Shown here piece after piece: positions 1 to 10,984 of a DNA stretch of 64,000 bases (the first letter of the stretch is position 1; each line of letters begins with the position of its first letter). Below the pieces are notes generated by a model that was not told where the DNA came from, did not search any database, and saw only the letters and a list, made by a program, of their open reading frames with translations. This DNA comes from an uncultured Verrucomicrobiae bacterium (GTDB lineage Bacteria; Verrucomicrobiota; Verrucomicrobiia; Opitutales; JABDGR01). Position numbers and translations under genes: made by a program. Location: positions 1,344,001-1,408,000 of the forward strand of contig CAVXVB010000009.1 in the NCBI GenBank assembly GCA_963765205.1. The letters run 5' to 3'.

Positions 1-1029
1 CCTTCGCCCGGCGGCCAGTTCCTCGTTTATCCGACGGAGGACGGGAAGCTGAAGATTGAGGTGCGCTTTCAAGGCGAGACCGTCTGGCTCTCGCTCAACC
101 AACTGGCCGATTTGTTCCAGCGGGACAAGTCGGTCATCTCCCGGCACATCAAAAACGTGTTTGACGAGGGGGAACTGCGCCCGGAGGGAACTGTTGCAAA
201 ATCTGCAACAGTTCAAACCGAGGGGGGAAAGCAGGTCACGCGGGAGATCGAATTTTACAATCTCGATGTCATCATCTCGGTCGGCTACCGGGTGAAAAGT
301 GCCATTGCCACCCGCTTTCGCATCTGGGCCACCCAGCGGCTGCGGGAATACATCGTCAAGGGTTTCGTTTTGGACGACGAACGCCTGAAAAACCCCGACC
401 TGCCGTTCGACTATTTCGAGGAATTGACCCGCCGGATTCAGGACATCCGCACCTCTGAGCGGCGGTTCTACCAGAAGATCACAGACATCTACGCCACCAG
501 CATTGACTACGACGCCACGCAGGAAATCAGCATTCGTTTCTTCAAAACGGTTCAGAACAAGGTGCATTGGGCGATCACCGGCCAGACCGCCGCCGAGATT
601 GTGCATGGCCGGGTGGGCGCGACCAAACCCAACCTGGGGCTGACCAACTGGCGCGGCGCGACCATCCGCAAACAGGATGTGGCCATCGCCAAAAACTACC
701 TCAACGAGCCGGAACTGGCGGCCCTGAACAATCTCGTGGAGCAATACCTCGTCTTTGCCGAAGGGCAGGCCCTGCGGCGCGTGCCCATGCACATGGCGGA
801 TTGGATCAAGAAGCTGGATGGCTTCCTGACGCTCAACGAGCGCGCCATCCTCACCCATGCCGGGCGCATCTCCCACGAGGTCGCCCAGGCCAAAGCCGAG
901 TTGGAATACGACAAATTCAAAGCCCTGAGCGCCGCGGCCGCCCGCCCGGTGGACGCGGATTTCGAGCAGACGGCCAAACTGATTCAAAAGCTGCCGCGGC
1001 GGAAGAAACCCAAAAAGAACGCTCCATGA
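1..1029 (+). CDS. RhuM-family (virulence RhuM / DNA-binding) protein, 5' partial
   Basis: Frame is open from base 1 (PSPGGQFLVYPTEDGKLKIEVRFQGETVWL); motifs YNLDVIISVGYRVKS, FRIWATQRLREYIVKGFVLDDERLK, IRTSERRFYQKITDIYA. Confidence 0.9.
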   Translation, partial: PSPGGQFLVYPTEDGKLKIEVRFQGETVWLSLNQLADLFQRDKSVISRHIKNVFDEGELRPEGTVAKSATVQTEGGKQVTREIEFYNLDVIISVGYRVKSAIATRFRIWATQRLREYIVKGFVLDDERLKNPDLPFDYFEELTRRIQDIRTSERRFYQKITDIYATSIDYDATQEISIRFFKTVQNKVHWAITGQTAAEIVHGRVGATKPNLGLTNWRGATIRKQDVAIAKNYLNEPELAALNNLVEQYLVFAEGQALRRVPMHMADWIKKLDGFLTLNERAILTHAGRISHEVAQAKAELEYDKFKALSAAAARPVDADFEQTAKLIQKLPRRKKPKKNAP

Positions 1030-3344
1030 ACGAAGCCGAGACCAGAGCCGAGCAGATTGATCCCGCGTTGAAAGCGGCAGGCTGGGGCGTGGCCGAGGGT
1101 AGCCGCGTCAGGCGGGAATATGCGATTGCGCCCGGTCGCATCGAAGGCCACGGGCGGCGCGGCAAAGCACTGACGGCGGATTATGTGCTGGAATATCGCA
1201 ACACCAAGCTGGCCGTCATCGAAGCCAAGGCCTGGAATGAAGAACTGACCGAAGGCGTGGCACAGGCGAAGAATTACGCGGGCAAGCTGGCCATCCGCCA
1301 CGCCTACGCGACCAACGGCCAGGGCATCTACGGCATAGACATGGAGACGGGGAAGGAAGGCGAGACGCCGCGCTATCCCTCGCCCGACGAACTGTGGGCG
1401 CTGACCTTCGCCAAAGCCAACGCCTGGCGCGACCGCTTTGCCGCCATTCCATTCGAGGACCGGGGTGGCTCGCATCCCAGCCGCTACTATCAGGACATCG
1501 CCGTCGAGCGGGCGATGGCGGCCATTGCGGAAGGTCGGCCGCGCATCCTGCTGACGCTGGCCACGGGCACCGGGAAAACGTTTATCGCCTTTCAAATCGC
1601 GTGGAAGCTGTTTCAGAGTCGCTGGAATTTGAGCCGCGAACCGACGCGCCGCCCGCGCATTCTGTTTCTCGCCGACCGGAACATTCTGGCCGACCAGGCT
1701 TACAATGCCTTTTCCGCTTTCCCGGAAGACGCACTGGTGCGAATCGCGCCGGACGACATCCGCAAGAAAGGCAAAGTGCCGAAGAATGGCAGCCTTTTCT
1801 TCACGATCTTCCAGACCTTCATGAGCGGCCCGCCCAAGGATGGCCAGCCGTCGCCCTATTTTGGCGCGTATCCGCCGGACTTCTTTGATTTCATCGTCAT
1901 TGACGAGTGCCATCGCGGCGGCGCGAACGACGAAAGCAACTGGCGCGACATCCTCAATTACTTCGCCCCCGCCGTGCAACTGGGCCTGACCGCCACGCCC
2001 AAGCGCAAGGACAACGTGGACACCTACGCTTATTTCGGCGATCCGGTCTATATCTACTCGCTCAAGGAAGGCATCAACGACGGTTTCCTGACGCCGTTCA
2101 AGGTGAAGCAGATTCAGACAACGCTGGATTACTATGTCCATGCGCCGGACGACACGGTCATCGAGGGCGTGGTGGAGGAGGGGAAAATTTACGAAGAACC
2201 GGACTTCAACCGCAGCATCGAGATTCGCGAGCGCGAAAAGAAGCGCGTCGAGATTTTCATGGCCCAGATCAACCAGCACGAAAAAACGCTGGTCTTTTGC
2301 GCCAGCCAGGCGCACGCGCTGTTTGTGCGCGACCTGATCAACCAGGCCAAGACCAGCCCGGACCCCAACTATTGCCAGCGGGTAACGGCGGACGACGGGG
2401 CGCTGGGCGACCAGCACTTGCGCGATTTTCAGGACAACGAAAAGGCCATCCCGACCATCCTCACCACCTCGCAAAAACTTTCCACCGGCGTGGACGCGCG
2501 CAATGTCCGCAACATTGTCCTGATGCGCAACATCAATTCGATGATCGAATTCAAGCAAATCATCGGGCGCGGCACGCGGCTGTTTGACGGCAAGGATTAC
2601 TTTACGATCTATGACTTCGTCAAAGCGCACCTGCACTTCAGCGATCCCGAATGGGATGGCGAACCCATTGATCCAGAGCCGAAGCCAGAACCCCTGCCCC
2701 GCCCGCCCCCGCCGCCGGTTCCACCGGAGCCAGGCCCGGAACCCGCCCCGCGCCGGCCGAAGATCAAAATCAAATTGGCCGACGGTAAAGAGCGCAAAAT
2801 CCAGCACATGATGGCGACCACTTTCTGGCATCCCGACGGCACCCCGATGTCCGCGCAGCAGTTCATGGAATCGCTGTTTGGCCGGTTGCCGGACTTTTTC
2901 CACAACGAGGAAGAATTGCGCAAATTATGGAGCGCCCCGGACACGCGCGCCAGGCTATTGCAAGGGTTGGCGGAAAAAGGCTTTGGCCATGAGCAACTGA
3001 CCGAGATGCAAAAAATCATTGATGCCGAAAAGAGCGATTTGTTCGACGTGCTGGCGCATGTGGCCTATGCGCTGCCGCCCGTCACGCGCGAGGTTCGCGC
3101 CGGTCTGGCGCGGGGGTATATAAATTCCCAGTTCACCACCAAGCAGCGGGCTTTTCTTGATTTTGTGCTGTCGCATTATGTCAGTGTCGGCGTGGAAGAA
3201 CTTGACCAGAACAAGCTGACGCCCTTGCTCCGGCTTAAATACCATGATTCCATTGCCGACGCCGTGGCCGACCTTGGCCAGCCGGAAGACATCAGCAGGG
3301 TATTCACAGGCTTCCAGAAATATCTCTACCAAGCGGTGGCGTAA
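1026..3344 (+). CDS. hsdR: Type I restriction enzyme R subunit (EcoAI/EcoEI-like)
   Basis: ATG at 1026 overlaps the upstream stop (ATGA); MNEAETRAEQID start, nuclease motif ADYVL..VIEAK, Walker A ATGTGKT, DECHRGG, QIIGRGTR. Confidence 0.93.
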   Translation: MNEAETRAEQIDPALKAAGWGVAEGSRVRREYAIAPGRIEGHGRRGKALTADYVLEYRNTKLAVIEAKAWNEELTEGVAQAKNYAGKLAIRHAYATNGQGIYGIDMETGKEGETPRYPSPDELWALTFAKANAWRDRFAAIPFEDRGGSHPSRYYQDIAVERAMAAIAEGRPRILLTLATGTGKTFIAFQIAWKLFQSRWNLSREPTRRPRILFLADRNILADQAYNAFSAFPEDALVRIAPDDIRKKGKVPKNGSLFFTIFQTFMSGPPKDGQPSPYFGAYPPDFFDFIVIDECHRGGANDESNWRDILNYFAPAVQLGLTATPKRKDNVDTYAYFGDPVYIYSLKEGINDGFLTPFKVKQIQTTLDYYVHAPDDTVIEGVVEEGKIYEEPDFNRSIEIREREKKRVEIFMAQINQHEKTLVFCASQAHALFVRDLINQAKTSPDPNYCQRVTADDGALGDQHLRDFQDNEKAIPTILTTSQKLSTGVDARNVRNIVLMRNINSMIEFKQIIGRGTRLFDGKDYFTIYDFVKAHLHFSDPEWDGEPIDPEPKPEPLPRPPPPPVPPEPGPEPAPRRPKIKIKLADGKERKIQHMMATTFWHPDGTPMSAQQFMESLFGRLPDFFHNEEELRKLWSAPDTRARLLQGLAEKGFGHEQLTEMQKIIDAEKSDLFDVLAHVAYALPPVTREVRAGLARGYINSQFTTKQRAFLDFVLSHYVSVGVEELDQNKLTPLLRLKYHDSIADAVADLGQPEDISRVFTGFQKYLYQAVA

Positions 3345-3349
3345 AAGGG

Positions 3350-3420
3350 TGTGGACCGGTGGAATCGAACCACCGGGACCAGTTTGGAAAACTGAAGTTT
3401 TGTCGCAAAACTATGTCCGC
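3350..3420 (-). pseudogene. Degenerate full-length tRNA-Gly(TCC) copy
   Basis: 62/71 identical to the tRNA at 19343-19413; acceptor mismatches C2-A71 and A7-G66; D-loop AGTGG changed to TGCGA. Confidence 0.85.
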
Positions 3421-3477
3421 GGGGTGGACGGCTTTACTTTCGACGATTTGGCCGCCAAGATCGAAGCTCACCAGCGC

Positions 3478-3508
3478 TGGTGGCTTTCCGAGTTCTAGGA
3501 AGCCACCA
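3478..3508. terminator. Hairpin, possible terminator downstream of hsdR
   Basis: TGGTGGCTTTCC ... GGAAGCCACCA inverted repeat followed by TTT. Confidence 0.4.
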
Positions 3509-3574
3509 TTTCCAGCCGCGCCATTGACTTTCGACGATTTGTGGAGTCGAATTTGCTTAACGCCCCCCACCCCC

Positions 3575-5404
3575 ATGCCCCTCACCCGCCGCAAGTTCAT
3601 CAAACAATCCGCGCTGGCCACCGCTGGCAGTTGGGCTGCGCCGCGTTTGCTTTCGACTGTTTCCGCCGCGGTCCCCGCCTCGGGCGCGGCCACGTCCCTG
3701 GCTTTGCCGGCGCGGCCGATGCTGCCGCCGATTCCACCGTTGCCGGCCATTCCGCCAATTCCGGCCCCGCAGCCCCTCGGCTCCGTGCCCTTGGGCGACC
3801 CGGACAAGTTTCCCGTGGCGAAAATGGATTTCCCCATTGCAAATGGCCCCTTTGAACCGACTTGGGATTCCATTGCGCAACACTACCCGGCCAAGGATAT
3901 CGCCTGGCTGCGCGAGGCGAAGTTCGGCTTCTGGGTGCATTTTGGCCCGCAGGCCGCCGGGCAAAGCGGCGATTGGTATGCGCGCAAACTTTACCAGGAG
4001 GGCACGCCCGCCTACCGCAATCATATTCGGGACTTCGGCCATCCGTCGGAAACCGGTTACATGGAGGTGCTGCGTTCGTGGAATCCCTCCGCGCTGGATC
4101 CGGCCGCGCTGGTGCAACTTTACCGCGACGCGGGCGCGCGCTTTCTGATTATTCAAGGCGTGCATCACGACCAGTTCGACAACTGGGACTCGAAATACCA
4201 GCCGTGGAACTCCGTCAACCTCGGCCCAAAGCGCGACATTTTGGGCGCCTGGCAAAAGGCGGTGCGCGCGCAGGGCATGAAATTTGGCGTCACGTTTCAC
4301 CATGATTACGGCTGGTTCTGGTATCAGTCGGCCTTCGCCGAGGACCGGAACAACGACCAGGGCAAACTTGGCGTGCCCTATGATGCGGCACGCCTGACGC
4401 TGGCCGATGGCGTGGGCAAGTGGTGGGAGGGTTTCGACCCGCGCATGCTCTATATCAACAATATGCGCGAATATGCCGGCTTTTACAACGGCTACGACCG
4501 AACCGGCTCCGGCCCTCCGACCGGCATTTTCACCAACCATCAGGAGTTTGCCCATTGGTATGCGACGTGGTGGGCGCTGCGCATTCAGGACGTGATCGAA
4601 AAATACGACCCGGACTTCATCTACACCGACGGCAACTCCACGCAGCCGTTTTCGGGCGACCACACCGGCATGGGCTATAAGTGCGACGCCATGCAACGGG
4701 TGCTGGCGCATTACTTCAACCGCACGGCGGCGCGGCGCGGAACGATTGATACTTTTGCCATCGTCAAACACCACGAGCCCAACAACGGCATCGTCAACAC
4801 CGCCGAAAGCAAATATCCGGACGCGATCAAAACGGACCAGCCGTGGATTGGCGAATCGCAGGTCGGCGATTGGTTTTACGGCCCGAACTTCACCTACGAC
4901 TCCGGCATGGTCATCCGCCATGTGCTCGAATGCGTCTCGCGCGACGGCGCCGTCGCCATTTGCGTGCCCATCCGGCCCGATGGCTCCCTTGATGACGGCA
5001 GCAAAACGATGATGGCCGCAATCGGCCAATGGATGAAGATTAACGGCGAGGGCATTTACGGCAGCAAAGCCTGGACAAAATTGGGTGAAGGCACCCGCCG
5101 GCTGCCCACTGGCGCGCTGTCCCGCCGGCAGGCCACCTACGCCTTCACCAGCGAAGATTTCCGCTTCACCCTTGGCAAAGACGGCAGCCTTTATGCCTTC
5201 TGCATGACCGTGCCTGCCGCCGGCGCCCAGCTCAAAATCACCTCGCTGGGCACGGCCGCCGCAGCGCTCCCGGCGCCGATCAAGACGGTCTCTCTCCTCG
5301 GCAGCGATACCAAACTCGCGTGGACGCAGCAGGCCGACGGTCTCGTCATTACCTGCCCGGAAACCGCATCATTTAAGACTGCGCTTTGCTTTAAAGTCGC
5401 CTAG
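3575..5404 (+). CDS. Alpha-L-fucosidase (GH29) with Tat signal
   Basis: MPLTRRKFIKQSALA twin-arginine signal; FEPTWDSI, WLREAKFGFWVHFG, HHDQFDNWDS, WNSVNLGPKRDI, WMKINGEGIYG. Confidence 0.88.
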   Translation: MPLTRRKFIKQSALATAGSWAAPRLLSTVSAAVPASGAATSLALPARPMLPPIPPLPAIPPIPAPQPLGSVPLGDPDKFPVAKMDFPIANGPFEPTWDSIAQHYPAKDIAWLREAKFGFWVHFGPQAAGQSGDWYARKLYQEGTPAYRNHIRDFGHPSETGYMEVLRSWNPSALDPAALVQLYRDAGARFLIIQGVHHDQFDNWDSKYQPWNSVNLGPKRDILGAWQKAVRAQGMKFGVTFHHDYGWFWYQSAFAEDRNNDQGKLGVPYDAARLTLADGVGKWWEGFDPRMLYINNMREYAGFYNGYDRTGSGPPTGIFTNHQEFAHWYATWWALRIQDVIEKYDPDFIYTDGNSTQPFSGDHTGMGYKCDAMQRVLAHYFNRTAARRGTIDTFAIVKHHEPNNGIVNTAESKYPDAIKTDQPWIGESQVGDWFYGPNFTYDSGMVIRHVLECVSRDGAVAICVPIRPDGSLDDGSKTMMAAIGQWMKINGEGIYGSKAWTKLGEGTRRLPTGALSRRQATYAFTSEDFRFTLGKDGSLYAFCMTVPAAGAQLKITSLGTAAAALPAPIKTVSLLGSDTKLAWTQQADGLVITCPETASFKTALCFKVA

Positions 5405-5463
5405 GGGGATAAAGAAGTGGCGACGCAGCCTTTTCAAAATCGGCCCACTTATTAATCAAAAAC

Positions 5464-6648
5464 ATGATACAAGACAATTACATTCCAAGCCAGGTTGGTT
5501 TTTTCCCTCGCCTTGGGAAGGCAAATAGGACGTCCCGGCGAACTCCGCAAGGGGGATTTGATTTAACTGCTTTATCATGCAATCCAGCGTTAATTGTCCC
5601 CCAAAAACACTGTTGTGTTCCCGCGGTTCCTTGGCTCCGGGTTTTTAGCGTGGCCGCGCTCTTGGTGCTGGGTGCGCCGGCCAGCCGGGCGCAAAGTGCT
5701 CCCACTGTGCCCGCACCGGGCGCTTCGGCGGCTCCAACCGCAGAAGAGATGAACACGCTCAATACGGCATTGCGGGCGCTGCTGTCGCAGGCGGATCCCG
5801 CGGCCAAGGATATTTTAGACCAATACCCGAATTATGCGCCGTTACGCGCGCCGACCGGGGGCGGGGGCCGGGGCGCCGCGGCGAACGTGACGCTGCCGCC
5901 GGCGCCGGTGGCGGGCGAGGCGGGCGCGATTTTACTCGAGGATTTTGAGTCCACCCCGGTGGGAAAGATTCCAGCGGGGTTCACGGCGACGGGCAAAGTA
6001 GCGGTGGCCGACGATTTTGCGCACTCCGGGACGAAATCGCTGAAAATGGAGGCGGCCAAAAACGGCCCGCGACGCATCACGCTGACGGGAGACAAGGTCG
6101 CGGCGCTCGGAGGAACGTTTTGGGGGCGGTTGTATTTCAAGGTGCAGACGCCGTTTCCGTTGCCGCCGCCGGGCAATAATCCGGTCATCCATTCGACGTT
6201 GGTGGCGGGCTCGGCAATCAGCCCGGATTTTAACGACCGGATTGAGGTGCGGATGCTGGACACCGTGATGAGACAGGATGGGATGCATCAGTATATTTAC
6301 AACGTGCAGCCGTCGGGCGGGCGGCGGGAGTTTGGCAAAGGCGGCGCTTATACCCACACCTACACGAGCGATTGGACGCTGGCGGAATGGTATGTCGATT
6401 ATGCGACGCAGACTTACCGGCTGTTCATCAACGGGGTCGAGATCACGGACGTGACGGAGCATAATGGCGCCGGGAATTTTAACGGCACGGAGTTGCCGGA
6501 GGTTTTCCAGAGCCTGTCGTTCGGTTGGAATAATTACCAGGCGGCGGATCCGGGCTTTGTGGCGTGGATTGACGACATTGCGTTGAGCAAGCAGCGCATC
6601 GGCCCGCATGAAGTTCCCGCGCCGGCGGCGGCGGCGCCAACGAAGTAA
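5464..6648 (+). CDS. Secreted Cip1-like / polysaccharide lyase-like beta-sandwich protein (start uncertain)
   Basis: Hydrophobic signal ending ASRAQ, Pro/Ala linker, then EDFES..AHSGTKSLK..WGRLYF..WTLAEWYVD..LSFGWNNYQ..WIDDIALSKQRIG, resembling the Cip1 core. Confidence 0.6.
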   Translation: MIQDNYIPSQVGFFPRLGKANRTSRRTPQGGFDLTALSCNPALIVPQKHCCVPAVPWLRVFSVAALLVLGAPASRAQSAPTVPAPGASAAPTAEEMNTLNTALRALLSQADPAAKDILDQYPNYAPLRAPTGGGGRGAAANVTLPPAPVAGEAGAILLEDFESTPVGKIPAGFTATGKVAVADDFAHSGTKSLKMEAAKNGPRRITLTGDKVAALGGTFWGRLYFKVQTPFPLPPPGNNPVIHSTLVAGSAISPDFNDRIEVRMLDTVMRQDGMHQYIYNVQPSGGRREFGKGGAYTHTYTSDWTLAEWYVDYATQTYRLFINGVEITDVTEHNGAGNFNGTELPEVFQSLSFGWNNYQAADPGFVAWIDDIALSKQRIGPHEVPAPAAAAPTK

Positions 6649-6680
6649 AGACGGAAGCACCCCAACCGGATTGCGTGAGC

Positions 6681-7892
6681 TTAATGCTGGGCGGGTGGGC
6701 TGGCTTGCCCCGCATTATCAACCGCCTTGGGCGGATCCGGGAATAGCAAGGGGGTAAACTGGGTCAGGGCATATTGCCAGACCGGCCAGATATGCGCGCC
6801 TTCGGTGGGCAGGAAAACATGGTGGATGTTTTGACTCGTCAGCGTCTGGTCTTCCTGTTGGTTGCTGCGAAAGGCGGGGTCGCTCTGGCCGCAAACGAGC
6901 ATGAAAGTCTGCAGTTTGGAATTAAGTTCGGCGGGGTCGAGGTTGGCGTTGCGCAGGCCGTTGCCGCTGAACGCGCCGATCGCGCAGAAAAGGTCCAGGT
7001 GACTCAACCCGATGGCAGAGGCCTGGTCGGCGCCGGCCGAGAGGCCCGCGATGGCGCGATGGGCGCGGTCGGTGAGGACATGGAATTTGGTTTCGATGAG
7101 GGGTTTCAAGTCATTCAGCAAATCAGCTTCAAAACCGTTGCCGCCGCCGCGACCACCGCGGTCGAGGGCCGGGGGCGGGCCGTTTTCGATGCCCTGCGGC
7201 ACGTCGCTGCCGGTGATCGCGCCGTAAGGCATCACGACGACCATGGGGCGGATTTTTCCTGCCGCGAGCAGGTTGTCCAAAATCATATTGGCCTGGCCGG
7301 TTTCGACCCAGGCGCCTTCGAACAGGCCGCTTCCGTGCAAGAGATAAAGCACGGGATAGCGCTGGTTGGGAGATTCCTCGTAGGCGGGCGGGGTATAGAC
7401 GAAGGCGCGTCGGGTCAGGTTCAAGGATTTGGAATCGTAGGTCACGATGTCCACGGTGCCATGCGGGACTTTTTGGGGTTCAAAAATCTGCGGCTGGTCG
7501 CCGGGCACGATAAAGAAGCTCGTGTGGCCCCATTGCCGAAGTTCGACGTTTGGGTTGGCGGGGTCCGGGCTGCGGATGCCGCCGTCCTCGGCAAACCCAT
7601 AATTGTAATAGCCCGGTGTCAGCGGCCCGATGGTGATGCTCCAGAGGCCGCGGTCGTCCTTGACGAGAGTCCCGGGCTGGCCGCCCATGGCGGCGATGAC
7701 GGGAGCACCGACCAGGAGCACCTCTTTGGCATCCGGCGCAAAGAGGCGGAACGTGACGGTGTGGTCGGGATGGATCTCAGGGGAAACGGGGACGTTGCCT
7801 TGGTTTTCCCAGGAATTGCCACCGCGCTGCGCCGGGCAGGGGGTGGAATGGAAGAGCGCGAACGCGAACAGGCCAAGGGCGATTCTTTTCAT
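6681..7892 (-). CDS. Secreted esterase (CE1/Fes-like) with N-terminal Ig/CBM48-like domain
   Basis: Signal peptide; VTFRLFAPDAKEV, VYTPPAY, YPVLYLLHGSG, nucleophile motif GLSAG, C-terminal GAHIWPVW. Confidence 0.85.
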   Translation of the reverse strand: MKRIALGLFAFALFHSTPCPAQRGGNSWENQGNVPVSPEIHPDHTVTFRLFAPDAKEVLLVGAPVIAAMGGQPGTLVKDDRGLWSITIGPLTPGYYNYGFAEDGGIRSPDPANPNVELRQWGHTSFFIVPGDQPQIFEPQKVPHGTVDIVTYDSKSLNLTRRAFVYTPPAYEESPNQRYPVLYLLHGSGLFEGAWVETGQANMILDNLLAAGKIRPMVVVMPYGAITGSDVPQGIENGPPPALDRGGRGGGNGFEADLLNDLKPLIETKFHVLTDRAHRAIAGLSAGADQASAIGLSHLDLFCAIGAFSGNGLRNANLDPAELNSKLQTFMLVCGQSDPAFRSNQQEDQTLTSQNIHHVFLPTEGAHIWPVWQYALTQFTPLLFPDPPKAVDNAGQASPPAQH

Positions 7893-7956
7893 GGCTGATT
7901 TTCTCGATGAAGTCGAAATGGGAAATTAATGCGCAAATTGACCCTGGCTCGCACCA

Positions 7957-10852
7957 TTACTCAAGACGCACGCTCACCGCCTCGCCGTGATAGACGGTGG
8001 TGTTGGCGGGCTGGGGGGTGGGAGAATAGCCTGCGGGGTGGCCGGGGGAGACGAAGACAAAATTGAAGGCGCGGTCTTTTTGCATCGTCGGAAAGGAGCC
8101 TTGGCGCGGGCCAAGAGTGAGTGTTTGGGTGGCGTCGTTCCAAGTCAGCGGGATTTGGGTGAAGGCGCCTTTTTCGTAGGCGTAGGTCAGGCCGTCGTCC
8201 TCGTAGAGGTTGAAGTGGCCGTCGGCTCCCGCGTAAACGTATACGGTGAGGGGCGCGGCGGACTTTTCGCCGACATACTGAACCTCGGGGCCGGTGGGGA
8301 TGATGGAGCCGGCGCGGATGTAGAGAGGCAATTGGTCATAGGGCGCGGGGGCGTCGAGAGTTTGGCCGCCCGCCATGGATTGGCCGCTCCAGAAATCATA
8401 CCAAAGGGCGCCTTTGGGCAGGTAAACCGGGCGGCTGCGGGCTTGGTAGGTGGTGACGGGGTTCACGAGGAAGGCCGGGCCGAACATATATTGGTCGGGG
8501 ATGTTGCGGGCCGCGAGGTCGTCACGAAAATCCATGACGAGGGGGCGCATTATCGTGTAGCCATCCTGTGTGACTGCGCCGGCAAGTGAATAAATGTAGG
8601 GGAAGAGGGCGTAGCGAAGCTTGTCGAATTTGAGTTCGCTTTGGAACACGGGGGTGGCGGCGTCGCCGAGGTTATACATTTCGCGCAACTGCTGCTGGCC
8701 ATGGACGCGCAGGACGGGGCAGAAGGTGCTGAATTGGAACCAGCGGTCATTGAGTTCGCGCCATTCATCGAGATCGGGGCCGCTGCGGGCGTTGGCGAAG
8801 CGGTATTCCATGATGTAGCCGCCGGTGTCGGTGGTCCAATACGGGAGGCCGGAGATCGAAAAGCCGAGGCCGGCGGAAATTTGTTTGCGCAGGGCCGACC
8901 AGGTGGAGGTGACGTCGCCGGACCAGGTCATGGTCGCGTAGCGTTGTTCGCCGGCGAAGCCGGAGCGGGTGAGGATGAAGACGCGCTGGTCGGGGGCGAC
9001 GGAGCGCTGGCCTTCGTAAATGCCTTTGCTGTTCATCAACGCGTAGCCGTTTTGCACGCGTGCGCCGGTGCCAAGGCCGGTGGGGTTCATGTGGTTGGCG
9101 TAGGCGTCGGGGCTGGGCGGGGAGACGATTTCCGGCTCAGTGGCGTCCATCCACCAGGCGTCAATGCCCTTGCTGAACAAGGCGGAGTTGAGCTGGTCCC
9201 AGAAAAGTTTGCGCGCGCCGTCCTGGAACGGGTCGTAATAGGCGTAGCGCTTGTTGTCGCGGAGAATGTTTTCGTTGAGCGTGGGCTGGAAAAGGTAGCC
9301 GGCTTTGTTGAGGGCGTCGAAGTTGGCCGTGCCCTCGTAGAACTTGCCCCAGGCGGAGATCATGATGTGGGCGTGCTCGTCATGGATGGTTTTGATCATG
9401 CCGACGGGGTCGGGAAATTTGGTGAGGTCGAATTGGTGGGAGCCCCAATCGTTTTGGTTGGGGCGGACGTTCCAGTATTGCCAGTCCTGGACGATGTTAT
9501 CCAAGGGGATCAGGAGCTGGCGGAATTGCGCGAGGGCGCCGAGGATTTCACTTTGGTTGAGGTAGTGGTCGCGCGATTGCCAGAGGCCAAAAGCCCATTG
9601 GGGGAGCATCGTGGCGGGGCCGGTGAGCTGGCGGAAGCCGGCGACGACGCGGTCCAAATCCGGCCCGTAAACAAAATAGTAGTCAATGCCTTCGCCGACA
9701 TTGGACCACAGCGAAGTGTCAGGGGACGGCGCGGGGGTTTTCCAAGTGAGGCTCATGAAGGCGCGGTCCAGTTCACCGCTGTCCCCGCCCCAGACAATTT
9801 TGAGGGGATAATGCCGGCCGGCTTCAAGGCGGACTTTGACCAGCTCGAAGGCGGGGAGCCAGTATTGACGCCAGTGGTCAATGAGAAGCTGGTTATTGAT
9901 CGAGACGGCGATCCGGGCATTCGCGTGAGTCTGGAATTGGTAATCGCCGGTGGCGGGAGCGATGATTTCACCCTCCCAGACGTGCGTGGGGATGGTGGTC
10001 GGGGCGGCTGGGGCGGCGGCGGCGGTGAGCGAGACGGCGGCAATGGTATCCGGCGTCAGCGGTTGGCCGCCAACCAGCGCCAGATTGCCCACAGCGAGAA
10101 TGGCTGTTTGCGCCGGATTTTGAATCTGGTTGCCGCCTGCGGGCAACAGGCCGGTGGTCAGGCCGCCGGAATGGCCGTTGAGGTCCACCAAGTTGGCGGC
10201 GGGAATGGCCTCGAAGGGTCGTAAGTCGCCAAAGCGGGTGCGCGAGGTATTATCCCACAGGATGCCGTAACCACGGCTGGAAACGAGAAAAGGGACGACG
10301 ACGTTGGTGTTGTATTGCCAGAGGTCGAGGTCGTAGCCCTTGATGTCCATGAGGCCCTGCTGGTGCTGGCCGAGGCCATAGAGGGATTCACCGTCGTTGG
10401 CCTGCCATTGTTGCTGGAGGTGGAATGTTTTTTCGCCCATGACCTCGGCGGCCTCGAGCTCGGCGGCCGCCGGCAACTTCGGCCAGGATGGTTTGGCCGG
10501 AAGGATCGGCGAAAGTGACCGCGCCGTTGGCGAGGTCCACCGTGACCTTGAGTTTGGCGGTGGTAAGAGTGGCGGTGGTGGGGGAAGGGTTGCCCAGGGC
10601 CCACTGGGGCGCGGGATTTGGATTAGGCCCGACGACGACCATCGGGTCGGCCTTGAAATCGGGCTGGTTGGAAAAAGTGATGCGAATGATATCGTCCGCC
10701 TTCACCTGGATTTTGAGAAAGCCACCGCTGCCGGGTTGGACGATAAGACCGTCGGGGAGTTTTTGGGGAAGGGCGGGGGCGACGTTTAGCGTCGAGGCGG
10801 GCAGGATGCCGGCCAATCCGGCCAGCAGGAGGCAAAGCAGAGAGCGTTTCAT
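7957..10852 (-). CDS. GH31 alpha-xylosidase-like glycosidase with PA14 insert; one frameshift near 10470
   Basis: N-terminal part MKRSLLCLLLAG...ILAEVAGGR joins in another frame to LEAAEVMGEK...; WWMDATEPE nucleophile motif, TWSGD, PLVMDF, LYEDDG. Confidence 0.88.
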
Positions 10853-10984
10853 GGGGGTAGGTTGGCCAGCGTAGAATATCGAACCGCCGTGGCAAGCCTG
10901 CACTGCGGGGCGTGGTGCAGCATTATGACCAATAGGGGCGGCAGAATCGCCGAAGCCCGCCACGCGATGGATTGCCATCAGCGG

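Noticed and set aside
567..1025. N-terminal extension of the 925-aa hsdR ORF
   Set aside because: It overlaps the RhuM CDS out of frame; family similarity begins at the ATG at 1026.
3359..3574. N-terminal extension of the fucosidase ORF
   Set aside because: It runs through the tRNA pseudogene; the Tat signal marks 3575 as the start.
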